Shown: in pieces, positions 26,100-40,029 of the stretch
Layout: each line of letters begins with the position of its first letter
Numbering within the stretch: position 1 is the stretch's first letter
Source: Octopus sinensis
Lineage: Eukaryota
DNA length: 64,000 nucleotides
NCBI RefSeq assembly: GCF_006345805.1
Contig: NC_043010.1
Coordinates: 27,156,001-27,220,000 of the forward strand
Direction of reading: 5' to 3'
Program-made: the position numbers and the translations under genes
Notes under the pieces: model-generated
What the model was told of the DNA's origin: nothing
Database searches by the model: none
What the model saw: the letters and a program-made list of their open reading frames with translations, nothing else

Positions 26100-27595
26100 G
26101 AGAGAGAGAGTCTGGGATAAATAGATAGATAGATAGACAGGCACTTCTGGACAAATACTTTATCATAATTGATGTCACTAGTGTGAGAAAAAATTATGAA
26201 GATTTTATAAATGATTGCATAAAATTTTTGCAGGGTTTAGATTTATTATATATTCATCAGTAATCATCCTCCAAGGCAAAGAAATATGGTAAAACAGAAA
26301 AAAAGATTCATGGGAAATAAGAAAGGCGTTTGATGTGAGAACATACAGATTCCTAATGAAGCGAGGTGTAGCTTAATTCCTTGAATATTAATGGGATATA
26401 CCTGTTAAAACGGACATCAGATGCTTAATGGTTGCCAACTATCAAATATTGGGTGTATATATCATTACCTTTTGCTGGTTTCAACCAGTAGTATAAGATA
26501 TGGATTCAGAGAATCATGAGGCTATCATAATAAGCTTCTCGTACGGCCCCGGCTATCAGTTCATGAACTGATGATGTAATCATGATGTCGGGATAATCTG
26601 ATGACTTGGCTTTTTTTTATTTCCATTAATTTGGGAATGAACAATTGTATCTTATAATACTGAGCACATTTATTAATGTAAACATCTGCGTATAATTTCT
26701 TGTAAACTGAAATTAATATTACATGAAGAAAACTGCGAAAAGCCCGTAAGTCTATGGAAGTGACATGGTTGAATAATAAATTTTTATTCACTTCTTATAT
26801 CACCTGACTGTATATATATATATATTATATATATATATATATAGGATCAACAATAAATTTTAAACAGAGATATGCTGCTCATTTCAATTCTTTTAGATAC
26901 GAGAAGCACAATAAATCCACAACACTCGCCGATCACATACATCATCTCAAAAATAGAAATATTCCCTACACCTTGTCATGGTCCCCAACAGATTCAGGGC
27001 TTCCACACCAAGGTCAACACTTAGCCTGTAAGCTATACCTTAAAGAGGTATTCCACATATTAAAACACAACTTTTCGCCAGCCTAATAAAAGGTTGCGTG
27101 TGCATGTATATGTATGTGCGTTCCTGTAGCAGCAGCAGCAGTAGTAGTAGTAGTTAGAAGGAGAAGGAAGAAGAATCACAAAGATCGGGTATGTTTGATG
27201 ACACTGGCTAGAAATGGTGGTGGTGGTGATGGCGGGAAATGGATTTATAATGGTCATGTAAGAAGACAAAATAAAAAAGGCAAGAAAATTACTGAAGACT
27301 ATTGTTCTAAGCTTGGCAGCTCCAATTTGTCTATGACTACCCAGTTTGAAATCAAATTTTCATTGTGCTGTCATGGCTGGCTTCAACTATCACTTATTGT
27401 CGCTTTTTACCGGCTGAATCAATACTTGAACCGGCAGAAACGTTGTTTGGGCTGGAGAACGAGACAAGAGAGAAAAGCGATCATAAAATTAATTTTAATG
27501 AAATTTCATAAATCCACAGTAAATATTTGTTCTCATTCTTAAGTAAATAGTCTGTAGCTCTAAGCGTTCGTGTTTCCATGTAATCGCTTTCTCTC

Positions 27596-27645
<50 letters not shown>

Positions 27646-29459
27646 TCACTGTATCCCCATCTCTCTCTCTCTCTCTCTTACACACAATTCAAGAGATGTA
27701 TCTAAGCTGTTTTATTTGAATTGTCGGTGTGGCTAAACACAACGGTAACACAGCCCATCTTTCCGTCATCGGCTGAATAAGCTTAGAAACCAGGAAGAAT
27801 GCGGAAGCACGCCTTAAACACATTTTCATTCATATTGATTACTTTATCGTGAAACAGGGACTATCTGGAAAAGGAACAAGAAGCAGGAATTGATTTCCAA
27901 AGCAGTCGACTTTAAGGTATCTGGCTGCTTTTATCACGTGGGTCATGGGTTCGAGGCTTCGCAGATTTTCTAAACATTGCACCTTGTCTAAATGACATGA
28001 TGGTGGCATTATTGACATCATTCGACTTCAAGCCATCCCTGATCAGATTTATGTCAAAAGCGTTCCAACCATGACCATCTTGTCCTTTTCGTATATCTTT
28101 TATCTTTTACTTGTTTCAGTCATTAGACGGCGGCATATACGCCGTTACTTATCTTTTTAATCCTGGCACTTATTCAACCGGTTTCTGAAACTTGCCGCAT
28201 AGATAAATTCTAAATATTCTTTTCTAATCTAGGCACATTTGGTGGGAGGGGGCCAGTCGATTATATCGACCCCAGTACGCAACTGGTACTTACTTTGTTG
28301 ACCCCGAAAGGATGAAAGGCAAAGTCGACCTCAACGGAATTTGAACTCAACGGCAGATGATATGCCGATAAGCATTTCGCCCGGTGTGCTAACGTTTCTG
28401 TCAGCTCGCCACCTTACTAAGTTCTAAATATTGAAACAGCCAGTGGTGTATCTTTCCTGGAGGCACCACTCCATGCCCATAGTTTTTCCCATCGCTGAGA
28501 GGAACTTCTAATGCTCTGCGCATTAAATTTGCATATACTGCGCAGCATTCGCGTCACACGTTTTTCGATACATTTTTTCTGTATTGAGCATTATATTAGC
28601 AACAATCGTTAATCTGCTCCGTTTTAATACTCATTTTTCTAACAATTATATAAATTTAACCAGAATCACAATTTTTAAATAAAACTAGCATAAATTTGAA
28701 CACAGAACGTAAAGCCGCGTGAAAATACAGCCAAGCATTTTGCCCGTCGTGCTAACGATTCTGGTAGCTTACTGCCTTGCTCGCTACTTTAATAATTTCT
28801 GCAGTGTCTTTGTGAGAAAGAAAAGACAATGCAAATACACACACACACATACACACACACACCTACATATATATTATATAAAAGATCAGTACAAGTTAAT
28901 TTATAAACCGAGGTTGGTGACGTGACTTGGTGGATTGAAATTTTACCCGATTCTTCCAGCAGAACCGAGACAAATTACACTTAGAGAGCGACATGATATT
29001 GCTTCCAAGACTACCCCTTCCCCATATGCAAAACTATTAACAATATTCGCTAACGTTCCTTTCCTTTCTAATGATATAATATTTGTGACTTAGCTTGTAA
29101 TGCTGTCCTTGACAGCAGACATTATTGATCTGTGTATCTGTCTATGTATCTAACCTACGATGCAATGGGGAGCCACAGCAAATCTCTTTACACACAGATC
29201 ATATTTATCTAGGCAGAATTACAAGCATGTGTAGATATGAACGTGCGTGTATGTGTGTATATGTATATGTGTGTGTGTGCGTATATATATATATATATAT
29301 ATATATATACGCATAAATATGCATATACATGCATACATATATATGTACATATATATATACACACACACACATATATATATGCATATACATGTATACATAT
29401 AAATGTACCCACACACGCGCACGCATATATATATATATATATATATGTATGTATATATA

Positions 29460-30141
29460 ATTTAAATAATGAGGGAGATAAATTGAATATTAATTTAATT
29501 AATATCAATTTAAAACCAGCAGCCTAGCATACAAAAATCTGAAAAATCAGAAAATTCTAATACATGTGTATATTTGAAGGGCAAGCCACTATTGGTCGGC
29601 CGTATGCTAGAAGTAGATCACCTGCGATCAAACTACAAAGAAAGGAATGTTCTCTAGAGGAAAATTCAGCGGACACCAGAACAAAATGCGGGCAAGAGAG
29701 ATGAAAATTAAATAAAAAACCAGAATTACTCACAGACCGGCGGTTTCGTCTATTAACGAATGAATCGCTTATGTAGTAATCCATTGTCCGTAGACTCATC
29801 AGTGTGGTCGTTCCATAGGTAATGCAATTTGTAAAGCTAACCACCAGTATTCCGCATAAGAACAGACACGCGTTTAGTTTCACCGATTACATTGGTGTTA
29901 ATTTCAAATGTCTTAGTTCTGGCGCGGTAAAATTCCGGAAAACTAAAATCCGCAGTAAATAATTTACTGCAGATAATGTCACCTATTAGAGAACATATTT
30001 ATTTTATCATTTAAATAATGAGGGAGATAAATTGAATATTAATTTAATTAATATCAATTTAAAGCCAGTAGCCTAGCATACAAAACTCTGAAAAGTCAGA
30101 GAAAATTCTAATACATGTGTATATTTGAAGGGCAAGCAACT
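29460..30141 (-). mobile_element. Retrozyme/PLE pseudo-LTR-like unit: 549-bp period with ~132-bp direct repeats and an internal hammerhead
   Basis: ATTTAAATAATGAGGGAGATAAATTG...GAAGGGCAAGC(C/A)ACT occurs at 29460-29590 and 30009-30141. Confidence 0.75.
29731..29806 (-). ncRNA. Canonical type I hammerhead ribozyme (GUC cleavage triplet)
   Basis: Minus strand CACA CTGATGA GTCTA...TAGAC GAAAC CGCCG GTC TGTG. Full consensus core, G10.1-C11.1 closing pair, 5-bp stem II; predicted cut between 29735 and 29734. Confidence 0.85.
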
Positions 30142-30254
30142 GGTCTAGGTCTATGTACAGGCCTAGATCTAGGTCTATGTACAGGCCTAGTTACGAACGA
30201 TGTAATACTTTAGGAAGTCCGACTAATATGTGCGATAAAACTAGTCGACAATAC

Positions 30255-30828
30255 TCTTGTCTACTCACAAGGCCCGACATTTTGGAGGAGGGGGCCAGTC
30301 AATTAGATCGATCCCAGTACACAACTGGTACTTAATTTATAGACCCCGAAAAGAAGAGAGGCAAAATTGACCTCGGCGGAATTTGAACTCAGAATGTAAA
30401 GACAGATGAAATACCACTAAGCATTTCACCCGGCGTGCTAAGGTTTCTTATTTCTATATTGCCCACAAGGGGCTAAACATAGAGGGAACAAACAAAGACA
30501 GACAAACGGATTAAATCGATTACATCGACCCCAGTGCGTAACTGGTATTTATTTTTCGAACCCGAAAGGATGAAAGGCAAAGTCGACTTCGGCGGAATTT
30601 GAACTCAGAACGTAACGGCAGACGAAATACTTATTTCTTTACTACTCACAAGGGGATAAACACAGAAAGGACAAACAAGGACAGACAAACGGATGAAGTC
30701 GATTATATCGACCCCGAAAGGATGAAAGGCAAAGTCGACCTCGGCGTAATTTGAACTCAGAACGTAGCGGCAGACGAAATACCGCTAAGCATTTCGCCGT
30801 GTGCTAACGTTTCTGCCAAGCTCGCTGC
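30255..30828 (-). mobile_element. SINE family B head-to-tail multimer (3-4 units)
   Basis: Repeated cores with junctions GTGCTAAGGTTTC|TTATTTC and GAAATAC|TTATTTC. Confidence 0.85.
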
Positions 30829-31899
30829 CTAGTCTACAATATTACTCCTGTATCAGTGAAACCAACGACCTAATGGAAAGTGAAAGAAAGCTATAGGCTT
30901 GCTTCCTTGGGAAAAATGAATTTAAAAGAAAAAGTGATTTCGTAACCTCGTGTAGGTTCCGGCTATAAAACACGTTTAAATATTGCCTTTGGTATTGCAC
31001 GTTTTGAGCCCATACACTCAGAGACCTACAGATACACACACGCGCGCTTGGGGACAGATGCACGTGTTTGAGAAAATATATAAAGTGACGGAAAATAAGT
31101 CCACAGATAATAATGTGTGTGTGTGGAGAGGCAAAAAGGCGCATAATATATATATTCAAATGTAGGGAATGTCATTTTAGTAAACATACATTTTAGACTC
31201 CCTGTGCTTATATATATATATATATATATATATACTTACACATATACAAACATAAATGTAACCCAGAAATTTTGAAGCACATTCATCTGTTTTACATGAT
31301 CTACCGTCGCCACCACCAACACCAACAGCAGCAACAACACCATCGCGGCTTATACAAAGCCGATCTGCTTCTTTTCCAGAAAAGCAGAATCGAGTCCAGA
31401 TGACATTTCAGTCCTAAAATAGAATGTAATGATCTCTACAGTTGCATAGAGTTGGTGGGGAGGGAGGGTTAAGTGCTCGGGGTTAGGGTTGCCAGGGGGT
31501 GGGTGATGGTGGAACTATTAACGGCGGAGCACCAGAAACAAGGAGGAGCCGGAGGGGATGTCTTTAGTGAAAAATGGGGAAAATATGTAACACGCAACAC
31601 ACGATGGATAGATACATACATATATGTGTGTGTATCTGTATGTATATATGTGGATATATACATATGTGAATAGACAATTCAACACATACACATACACACG
31701 CACACTCACATATATATATGCAGACATACACATCTGCGTGTAATTATATATACATACATATGCATTTGTGTATGTGAATATATATATATAGTCGCTTGGA
31801 ATAAATTCGACCGTTTGCATAAAACGAAAAGATGGCATAATATTAAGTATTTAAAAAAAAATCAACAATTATCAGCTAAATTCTGGATACGAGATAGCA

Positions 31900-32090
31900 A
31901 GTTTACTCAAAGTAGACGTCCTCTGCTTCTATTTCAGCCTCAAGACAGCTCCGGTGCCCGGCGCATGCATTCCTCTCCAAGCACGACCTTGATCTTGGTC
32001 ACCAGATCGGCCTTGGTGTTGTAAGCAGAGCGACTAGTGTCTTTCTCAACCGCTCACCCCCACCACACACACATGGTAATCCATGAAATA
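31900..32090 (-). pseudogene. C-terminal fragment of a second maT/DD37D-like transposase
   Basis: MDY..WG*AVEKDTSRSAYNTKADLVTKIKVV...RSCLEAEIEAEDVYFE*, similar to the C-terminus of the 10.7-kb element. Confidence 0.65.
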
Positions 32091-32214
32091 ATACAGACAC
32101 CGGCGAAGCTAAGTCCAAATTTCTACGATTATTATTATTAATGAATATTATGTATCGATTATTAAACACTTTTCATTATAGTACAAAACTATACTAGATA
32201 TATTGTTAATAATA

Positions 32215-32960
32215 CTAATAACTGGAATCCTGCCGAGGTCTACTTTGCCTTTCATCTTTTTGGGGGTCGATAAATTAAGTACCAGTGGGATCTATGCAGT
32301 CGACTAATCCCCCCCGCCCCACAAAAAATTCAAGTTTCGCGTCTATAATTGAAAAGAATATTACGAAAAATTTTGGCACAAGGCCAGCAATTTCGGAGGA
32401 AGAGAGTAAGTCGATTACATCGACTCTAGTGTTTAACTGGTACTTATTTCATCAATCTCTGGTCGGAATTTGAACTCAGAACGTAAAGACAGACGAAATA
32501 CCGCAAATCGTTTCGCTCAGCGTGCTAATGATTCTGCAAGGTCGCCGCCTTAAAAAAAGAAAAAGGATGAAAGGTAAAGCCGACCTCTGCGGAATTTGAA
32601 CTCAGAATGTAAAGACGGACGAAATTCTGATAAGCATTTCGGCCGGCGTGCTAATGATTCTGCCAACTCACCGCCTTCATAATGTTATTAATGATGGAGC
32701 AGATATTATAAATGTAAACTCGAATAGCATCCTATATATGTACATAATTCCATTTAAGGTGTTGAGCTGGCTGAAGTGTTAAAAAGTCGGAAACAAAGCC
32801 ATGCAGTATGTCTTTCAGCTTGTTTTCGTTCAGAGTTCGAATCCAGTCGTGGTCGACTTAGCCTTTCATCTTTCTGTAGTTGATAAAATAAAGTAGCAGT
32901 CATGTACTGGGGTCGAAGGAGTCGACGATCCCCTTCCCTCCTTATATGATTGCCAATATG
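32215..32960. mobile_element. SINE family B fragments in both orientations
   Basis: Four partial cores: + at 32220 and 32760, - at 32365 and 32565. Confidence 0.75.
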
Positions 32961-33247
32961 CAAAATTTCGAAAAAGTTATTATAACTCCATTTAAATTTT
33001 CGTTTGTGGTTGGTTTGGATGTCAGCATGGAATCTAACAATTCCGACGAGATTGACGATTGACGATTTCCCTGGGTTATTTCAACAAACTAGCTCTTCAT
33101 ACTGAGAAATAGGATGACTACATGGATTCTACGATAGACCCAACATCGATAAAACACTTGTTCGTTGATAACAGTTGATTAAGCATTTACTTCAAACTAA
33201 ACTCCTCACATCTGTAATATTTTTGGATGAGATTCTTAACCTGAGTA

Positions 33248-33759
33248 CCGTAAATCCCCGAGTATAATCCGCATTTCCCCCCCAAAATTTAACGGTCAAA
33301 CTCCCTAGTGCGTACTATATACGAAGTTAAAAATGAAAATCATTTTCTAAGCTATGTCCGAGTCTCTATTTGCTGTCCGGCAATGTTTATTCAGACGCAT
33401 TTTGTGATGTCGGGCGCGAAAATACCTTAAGCTAAGCCCGAAATCAATGAAGTCATAAAATAATCATCCATAACATGTAGTAAGCAACATTTATTAAACG
33501 TTATTACTGTTATTTCTTTATTTTCTGCAAACAAAATGCACAAAAAAGCTACACATTTGCATTATGTTATATATACAATAATAATAAAGGACGTTACCGT
33601 ATACATTTTTACAAACCAAGGACATTATATAGACCTCCTTGACTCAAGTTAAAGAAGGGGTGCGTGTTATACACAAGGTTTAGGTTTTTCAGAGATGTAG
33701 CCCCCTAAAAGTCCCCTGCGTATTATACTCAAGGGCGGACTATACTCGAGGATTTACGG
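33248..33759. mobile_element. pogo-type MITE, 512 bp
   Basis: TIRs CCGTAAATCCCCGAGTATAATCCGC and GCGGACTATACTCGAGGATTTACGG; TA flanks (33246-47, 33760-61); subterminal TGCGT(A/G)(C/T)TATA motifs. Confidence 0.9.
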
Positions 33760-35034
33760 TACGTCTTTAACCCACAAAACCTTTCGACCAATATTCTAAT
33801 TAATCTAGTTCAGATTGTTTCACTTAGATTATCATCTAATCTTTCAACCAACAAGCAAATTTTTAATGACTATTTTAGTTTATATAATGAAACTAAATAC
33901 AAGTGGCGTGAAGGAGAAAGTGACATACATTCAACCCATACCGAAAATAACCGGACATAACAATAGAAAAAGAGGGCATAAGTTACTCAGTCCACCTTTG
34001 AAGTCTTTTTTTTTTTTATCTTAAACATTTTCCACAACCGCGCAGATACGTGAAATTTCATAATAAGAGTAATAAAGAAAGTTCTTACTCTGTTATATTT
34101 CGCCAAAGCTTGCTTTTAAATTTTTAATAACCATTTTTATCTGAATCAAATTAACCTAACGACTTTCTCTCTTATTAACTGTAAATATAACAATCTTCAG
34201 TGTCTCAAAAATCTAACGATTTGTCTCAAGGGATATATCATTGTAATGTGCAAGCAGCTATCTCTACTAAAGCATACATCAACCTCACCCCAAAACCTCT
34301 CAAATTTCGGTATAATCAACATACTTTCTCTTTCAGACGTTCAATTGGAAACATGACCACATAATTTTCACCCTATATCTGGGGACTGAAGGATAAAATC
34401 CACAAGCGGTAACTGAAATAGGAAAATGCTAGTCAAGACCCATTCTTACAAAAATAAACGAAAATTGAGTAACTCAGGAAGCTTTATATTTGGTAACAGA
34501 CATTCAAAGCCATTAAATTCTCACAACTGGAAATACATTTGAACTTAATGTTCCTCGCTCAACTTTACCCTATACCTGAAACTATGCAATTCTTTACCGT
34601 GCTCATATATTTAATGTAGTCGATGTTCGCTCTGTCACTCTTAGCACACAATTAACTGTACAAAACTTATAACTTCTAATTAACAATTTTATTATCTTTA
34701 TTAATCTCGTATGCCATTAACTATTCCGAAACATTATTTTCCTGCAGCCATCTAATCCTCGTGACCTACAATTATTTGCATTTGTATCATTAACACACAC
34801 ACACAGACAGTCTATCCGACTCTCAAACGATTCACCCAAGTTGTTTTTATATAATAATGATAATAACAACAAAACAATAATAATAATGTAGACGTGGCCG
34901 CTTTGCAAATACATTGTTCCGGGTTCAGTCCCAATGTATGACATCTTGAGTAAGTGTTATTATTGTAGCCTCCCAGTTGATTGATCTCTAGTGAGTTAAG
35001 AAAATAAATTGTACGGAAACCTTACACACACACA

Positions 35035-35136
<102 letters not shown>

Positions 35137-35354
35137 CAAAATGAGAAAATGGAGAAATACATCCAAATCAAATATCAACTAGCAGATAATACCCAATCAC
35201 ATATTTTATTAAACCACCACATAAGAAACTTTAAGGTCAAACATAATAATATATGACAAAACAGTGTACATAAAGGAGTAATATGATACAATAAGTACAA
35301 TATATGTATAAGAGAATATAAATATAAATAAATATAAATATAAATATAAACTAC

Positions 35355-35481
35355 ATCTTACAGCTGTTTCGGCCCTGCAGATAAGTATGACTAATTTTAC
35401 TTATATTAGCCATGTGTGGTAGGTCAATATGTAGTTATAAATGAGACATTTACAAAAATATCCTCAGTCCTCTTCGGAGAT
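35355..35481 (-). ncRNA. Hammerhead motif family H1, second copy (CCGAAGA core)
   Basis: Minus strand ATCT CCGAAGA GGAC...GGCC GAAAC AGCT GTA AGAT; same 127-nt span as 2355-2481, with homologous flanks. Confidence 0.6.
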
Positions 35482-35549
<68 letters not shown>

Positions 35550-35608
35550 TATATATGTATATATATATACATACACACACACACACATATATATACAAAT
35601 ACACACAC

Positions 35609-35646
<38 letters not shown>

Positions 35647-35756
35647 ATATATATATATACACATATATATACATATATATATACATATATATGTACATAT
35701 ATACATGTATACATATGTATAATGTATATATGCATATATACATTATATATATATAT

Positions 35757-36733
35757 TGTTACGACGTGCCGTCGCTCAACTCAGACTCAGGACTCTAAGT
35801 CGGGCGACGACGACTACGCTCAGTCAAATCGGAAGTCCACCACTGAAAGCGGGGAGTGAGCAGCAAACGCAAACCAGTGATCGGAGACAACAACAAAGGA
35901 AGAGAGACAGCGGAGGCAGTTGCTTACATTTAACAACAATTTATATAATTTTTTACAACATCAATTAAACGTAATACATTTCAAATACATTTAACAGATC
36001 GTACACAGAGTTAGAAAAAAACAACCAATGGCATTCAGCAAAATACAACGTCCGACAACAATCAGTTGACAAGCACAATACAGAATTTGGAAAACAATCA
36101 AAACAAAGCCTTTCTCTTTTCTTTTCCTTCTTCCTTCTGACACAATGTTCTTTTCCTTTTAGAAACACATCTTACAGTTCTTTTTTTCTTTCTTTTCACA
36201 GTTTATGTCACAGAATCTTTTCTTTTTCCAAACATCAGAATTCAAAAACACAAACCAATCAAAACATAAATAAACATTACCGCATGTTTCTCGTCCGCAA
36301 CAACTCGTCACAAAACCCTACTATAAGTAGTCCAGCTTCTTCACTGTTATCCTCCTTACTTCCTCTCGCATGTCATCTATCACATTCACTGTCTGTCTTT
36401 CTCATCGTTGTCGTTGCCTCTCGCCATCTCCACCAACTGTCATCTCCTGGCTGGCTGTCTGCACCGACTCGCTGTCCCTTGCCAACCGAACCCTTCTCCG
36501 GCCTTTGGCTATCAGATCTCTATAACACCAGCTCGGCGCATTTTAAAGGGGTGGCATATTTATTTTTTTCTCAACTTTCCCTGACCGTGTAAGGGCCAGA
36601 TATACTTCCTACCCTCATTATTCACTGTTGCCGTTGACAAGACAAAGACTCATTATTTTTTTTCCCCGCCGGTCCGACTCCAACCAACGGAACTAGGTCA
36701 CAGCGCTTTCCCCTTTTTTTCACCTCCGTAACA
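35757..36733. mobile_element. Solo LTR (977 bp) inserted in (TA)n
   Basis: Termini TGTTACG...CGTAACA (TG...CA inverted ends); flanks ATATAT/CTATAT give a TSD with one mismatch. The interior is non-coding and GC-richer. Confidence 0.7.
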
Positions 36734-36996
36734 CTATATATACATATACATATACATATATATATAATGTATATATGCATATATACATATATATATACAT
36801 ATGTACATATATATATACATATGTACACATATATATATATATTATATATATATATATATACATATATACATTATATATTTACATATATACATCGTATATA
36901 TGTGATAGCACACATATACATTGTATATATATATATATTATATATATATATATATTATATATATATATACACGCACACGCACACATATATATACAC

Positions 36997-37044
<48 letters not shown>

Positions 37045-37495
37045 GGGTTGCTTGTATATGTTTCTCATGACGTTGAAAACTACTAAAGAAGCGGTGTCTT
37101 TGTTTATGGCTAAATTAATTAACGGTTTGACAATGAGAAGGCGATAAGTACCAAACTTATAACAAAGTACTGGGTTGGGAGTGTTGTGGCTGAGCGATGT
37201 GATTGTTTAAAACCCTTTGAGGTGGCGATTAGCATGGCCGCAGTCTATTCACTGAAATAATGCTAAAGAGCAAAAGAGATATGTTATTTTTTCCGTCTCA
37301 ATCACAGCTTAAAGCCGCTTGTGTGTCTATTGAGAAAGCTAAATACGATCGGGCAAAGATGTTTACTTGACCGACATCGGAAAACGTTCACTAAAGCTTT
37401 TCACATGTTCTCTCTCAAGGATCGCGTGCCGTGTGTGTGTGTGTGTGTGTGTGTGTGAGTGTGTATGTGCGTATGTTTGTGTGCATGTGGTGTGT

Positions 37496-37531
<36 letters not shown>

Positions 37532-38204
37532 TGTGTATTGTAGGCATATGTGTTCGAGTGAGCATGTATGTATGATAGCGCACATATGTGTGTATGAGGT
37601 ACGCGTCCATTTCCTCGTTTTGAACCCAACAAATGCAGACGATTTATTCAATGTTACAATGCCAAACATATATGGTTGCTCAGACTTTATTTATTCAGAA
37701 ATCTTTGTAAAATGCATAAAAAAAAAAAAGAATCAACAATGTCGTATATGTTATATTTAGTTTGATTGTCTTGAATTTCAAAACCCTTGCCAATAAATTT
37801 AGTTCGAAACAGATTCATATAGTACTGTATAGTTTGAGAGCGATGTATATTGATCTAGAATCTAAATACAACTATTAGCCAGTAAGTGATGTCTCTACGC
37901 GGTCTATCGACGACATGTTACCGTATTTGCAGGTCGTCTGCGGCCACATTTGTCGATCGTCTCATACTGAATTAAGTCGGGCTATATCCAACAGTTACAA
38001 TCGGAAGAATTAATGAACCAGTGAAGAGACCTTCTACATCAGGGATCACAAAATACCAGGCGGCCCTCACAGAAAGAATACACTTTAAAATTTCATTTCT
38101 ATTTTATTGTGTATTCTAGTCTGCTGGGTGTTTTTGCATTGTATATGTAATTATTTGTATTATGTAATAATTAAATAACGAATTGTGCATTGTATTGTGA
38201 TTTG

Positions 38205-38288
38205 TTATGCGCGTGATCCCCCGGTTTGTAGAAAAATTGTCTTGCATGAAACCAGTCCGTGGTGAAAGAAAAAAAGGTTGGGGCCACT
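38205..38288 (+). mobile_element. hAT/Charlie-like element right end
   Basis: ATGAAACCAGTCCGTGGTG...AAAAAGGTTGGGGCCACTG, which resembles Charlie-type termini. Confidence 0.5.
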
Positions 38289-38294
38289 GCTCTA

Positions 38295-38615
38295 CATGAT
38301 TGCTTCAAGGATACACTGAAAGCCTCACCGAAGAGCTTTGAGATCAACCCCAACATCTGATAAACGCAAGCGCAAAGCCGCCCTGCTTGGCGAAGCTTCA
38401 CCAACAGAAGTTCCACTTCTTACGAACAGAAAAATATTACAAGGGAACAAAGAAAACGTGAATTACTCAAGTCCAGAGCCAACTTCTTGCCTTCAGTCCC
38501 AACAGACAATCAGTGCTCGACTTGTTGCAGAACATACCGAGCACGCATCGGTCTGATCGGCCACAACCGGGCACATCATGATATCCACTGTCATCGCCCA
38601 CAACGACGGACGAAT
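38295..38615 (+). mobile_element. 3' fragment of an RTE (BovB-like) LINE with internal deletion
   Basis: FKDTLKASPKSFEINP and CSTCCRTYRARIGLIGHNRAH (C-terminal zinc finger), then a GTCATCGCCCACAACGACGGACGAA tail. Confidence 0.75.
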
Positions 38616-38895
38616 GTTTGTTAATTTACAAGACAGGATTAATGGATTAATGGGTGAATTGTCTTTGAATATATATATTCAGTTGGAGCTGATTTTGGGT
38701 TGAAACAACATCAACGACAATAACAGCAGAAGTAGATTTAAGACAGAGCAAGTACAAATAATATTGTAAAAACAGTGAAAAGCAAATTTGATATAAGCAA
38801 AATAATCAGAATACATTCGATATAAAAATGGCGAGAGAAATTGAATTTAAAAAATGATGGAAAAGCAAACAGCAAGAAGATAAAGAAATAAGATT

Positions 38896-38926
<31 letters not shown>

Positions 38927-39269
38927 TCAGATTGAAGTCGAAATCAAATAAAACAGAATAAAGCGGAGTTAGAATATAAGTTGGTAGGAAGTGGAATTAA
39001 TTGAGAATAAATCTGAATCTGATTAAAATAAATTAATAGATTAATTAGTTTGTGATTAAGTTAAGGTTATTTTAGAGAATAAATTTGTACATTTAAATGA
39101 GTGTAGGTAACGAAAGACAATGCGATGGACGAAAAATAAGAAAGAAAAAAAAGAAAGATGACGAAGAAAGCAAAGAGCACGTAAGATTTAGTTTAGGCAC
39201 ACTTGGTTACAGTGTTGTGCTGATCCTGTTTTGTAATACTTGTTTAGAGCTAATCTTGGCCTCAATATT

Positions 39270-39944
39270 TGAAAGGTACTTTATTTTACCGAACCCAGAA
39301 GTTGACATCAGTAGGATTTGAACTCAGAACGTAAAAGGCCAAAAGAAACACTACAAAGCATTTTGTCTGCTGCTCAATTCGACGAAGTTACTGTTCTAAT
39401 GATAATAATAATTCTTTCTACCATAGGTAGAAGGTCTGAAAATTTAGGAGAGGGGTCGAGTCGAGTACATCGATACCAGTATTCAACTGGTATTTATTTT
39501 GTCAACCCCGAAAAGATGAAAGGCAAAGTTGACCTCGACGGAATTTGAACTCAGAACGTAAAAACAAACGAAATGCCGCTAAGCATTTGGCCCGGTGTAC
39601 TAACGATTCTGCCAGCTCAACGCTTTGATAATAATAATGATAATAATAATAATAAATAATAATAATAATAATAATAATAATAATCCTTTCTACTATAGAC
39701 ACAAGGCCTCAAATTTGTGGGAGGAGGATAATCGATTTCATCGACCCCAGTGCGACACCGAAAGGATGAAAGTCGACCTCGGCGGAACTTGAACTCAGAC
39801 CATGAAGACAGACGAAATGCCACCTAGCATTTCTTCCTGTTATACTAACGAGTGTGCCAGCTCGCCACTTTAATAACAATAATAATAATTTTATTTATTT
39901 GCCACAAGGGCATAATAATGATAATAATAATAATAATAATAATA

Positions 39945-39979
<35 letters not shown>

Positions 39980-39983
39980 AATG

Positions 39984-40029
<46 letters not shown>

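Noticed and set aside
26570-26610. Two CTGATGA motifs (possible C/D snoRNA or HHR); also CTGATGA at ~13504-13510 on the minus strand
   Set aside because: No paired stem II/GAAA partner or terminal stem; 7-mers like this are expected by chance in AT-rich DNA.
31478-31492. GGTTAGGGTT as interstitial telomeric repeat
   Set aside because: Fewer than two full units.
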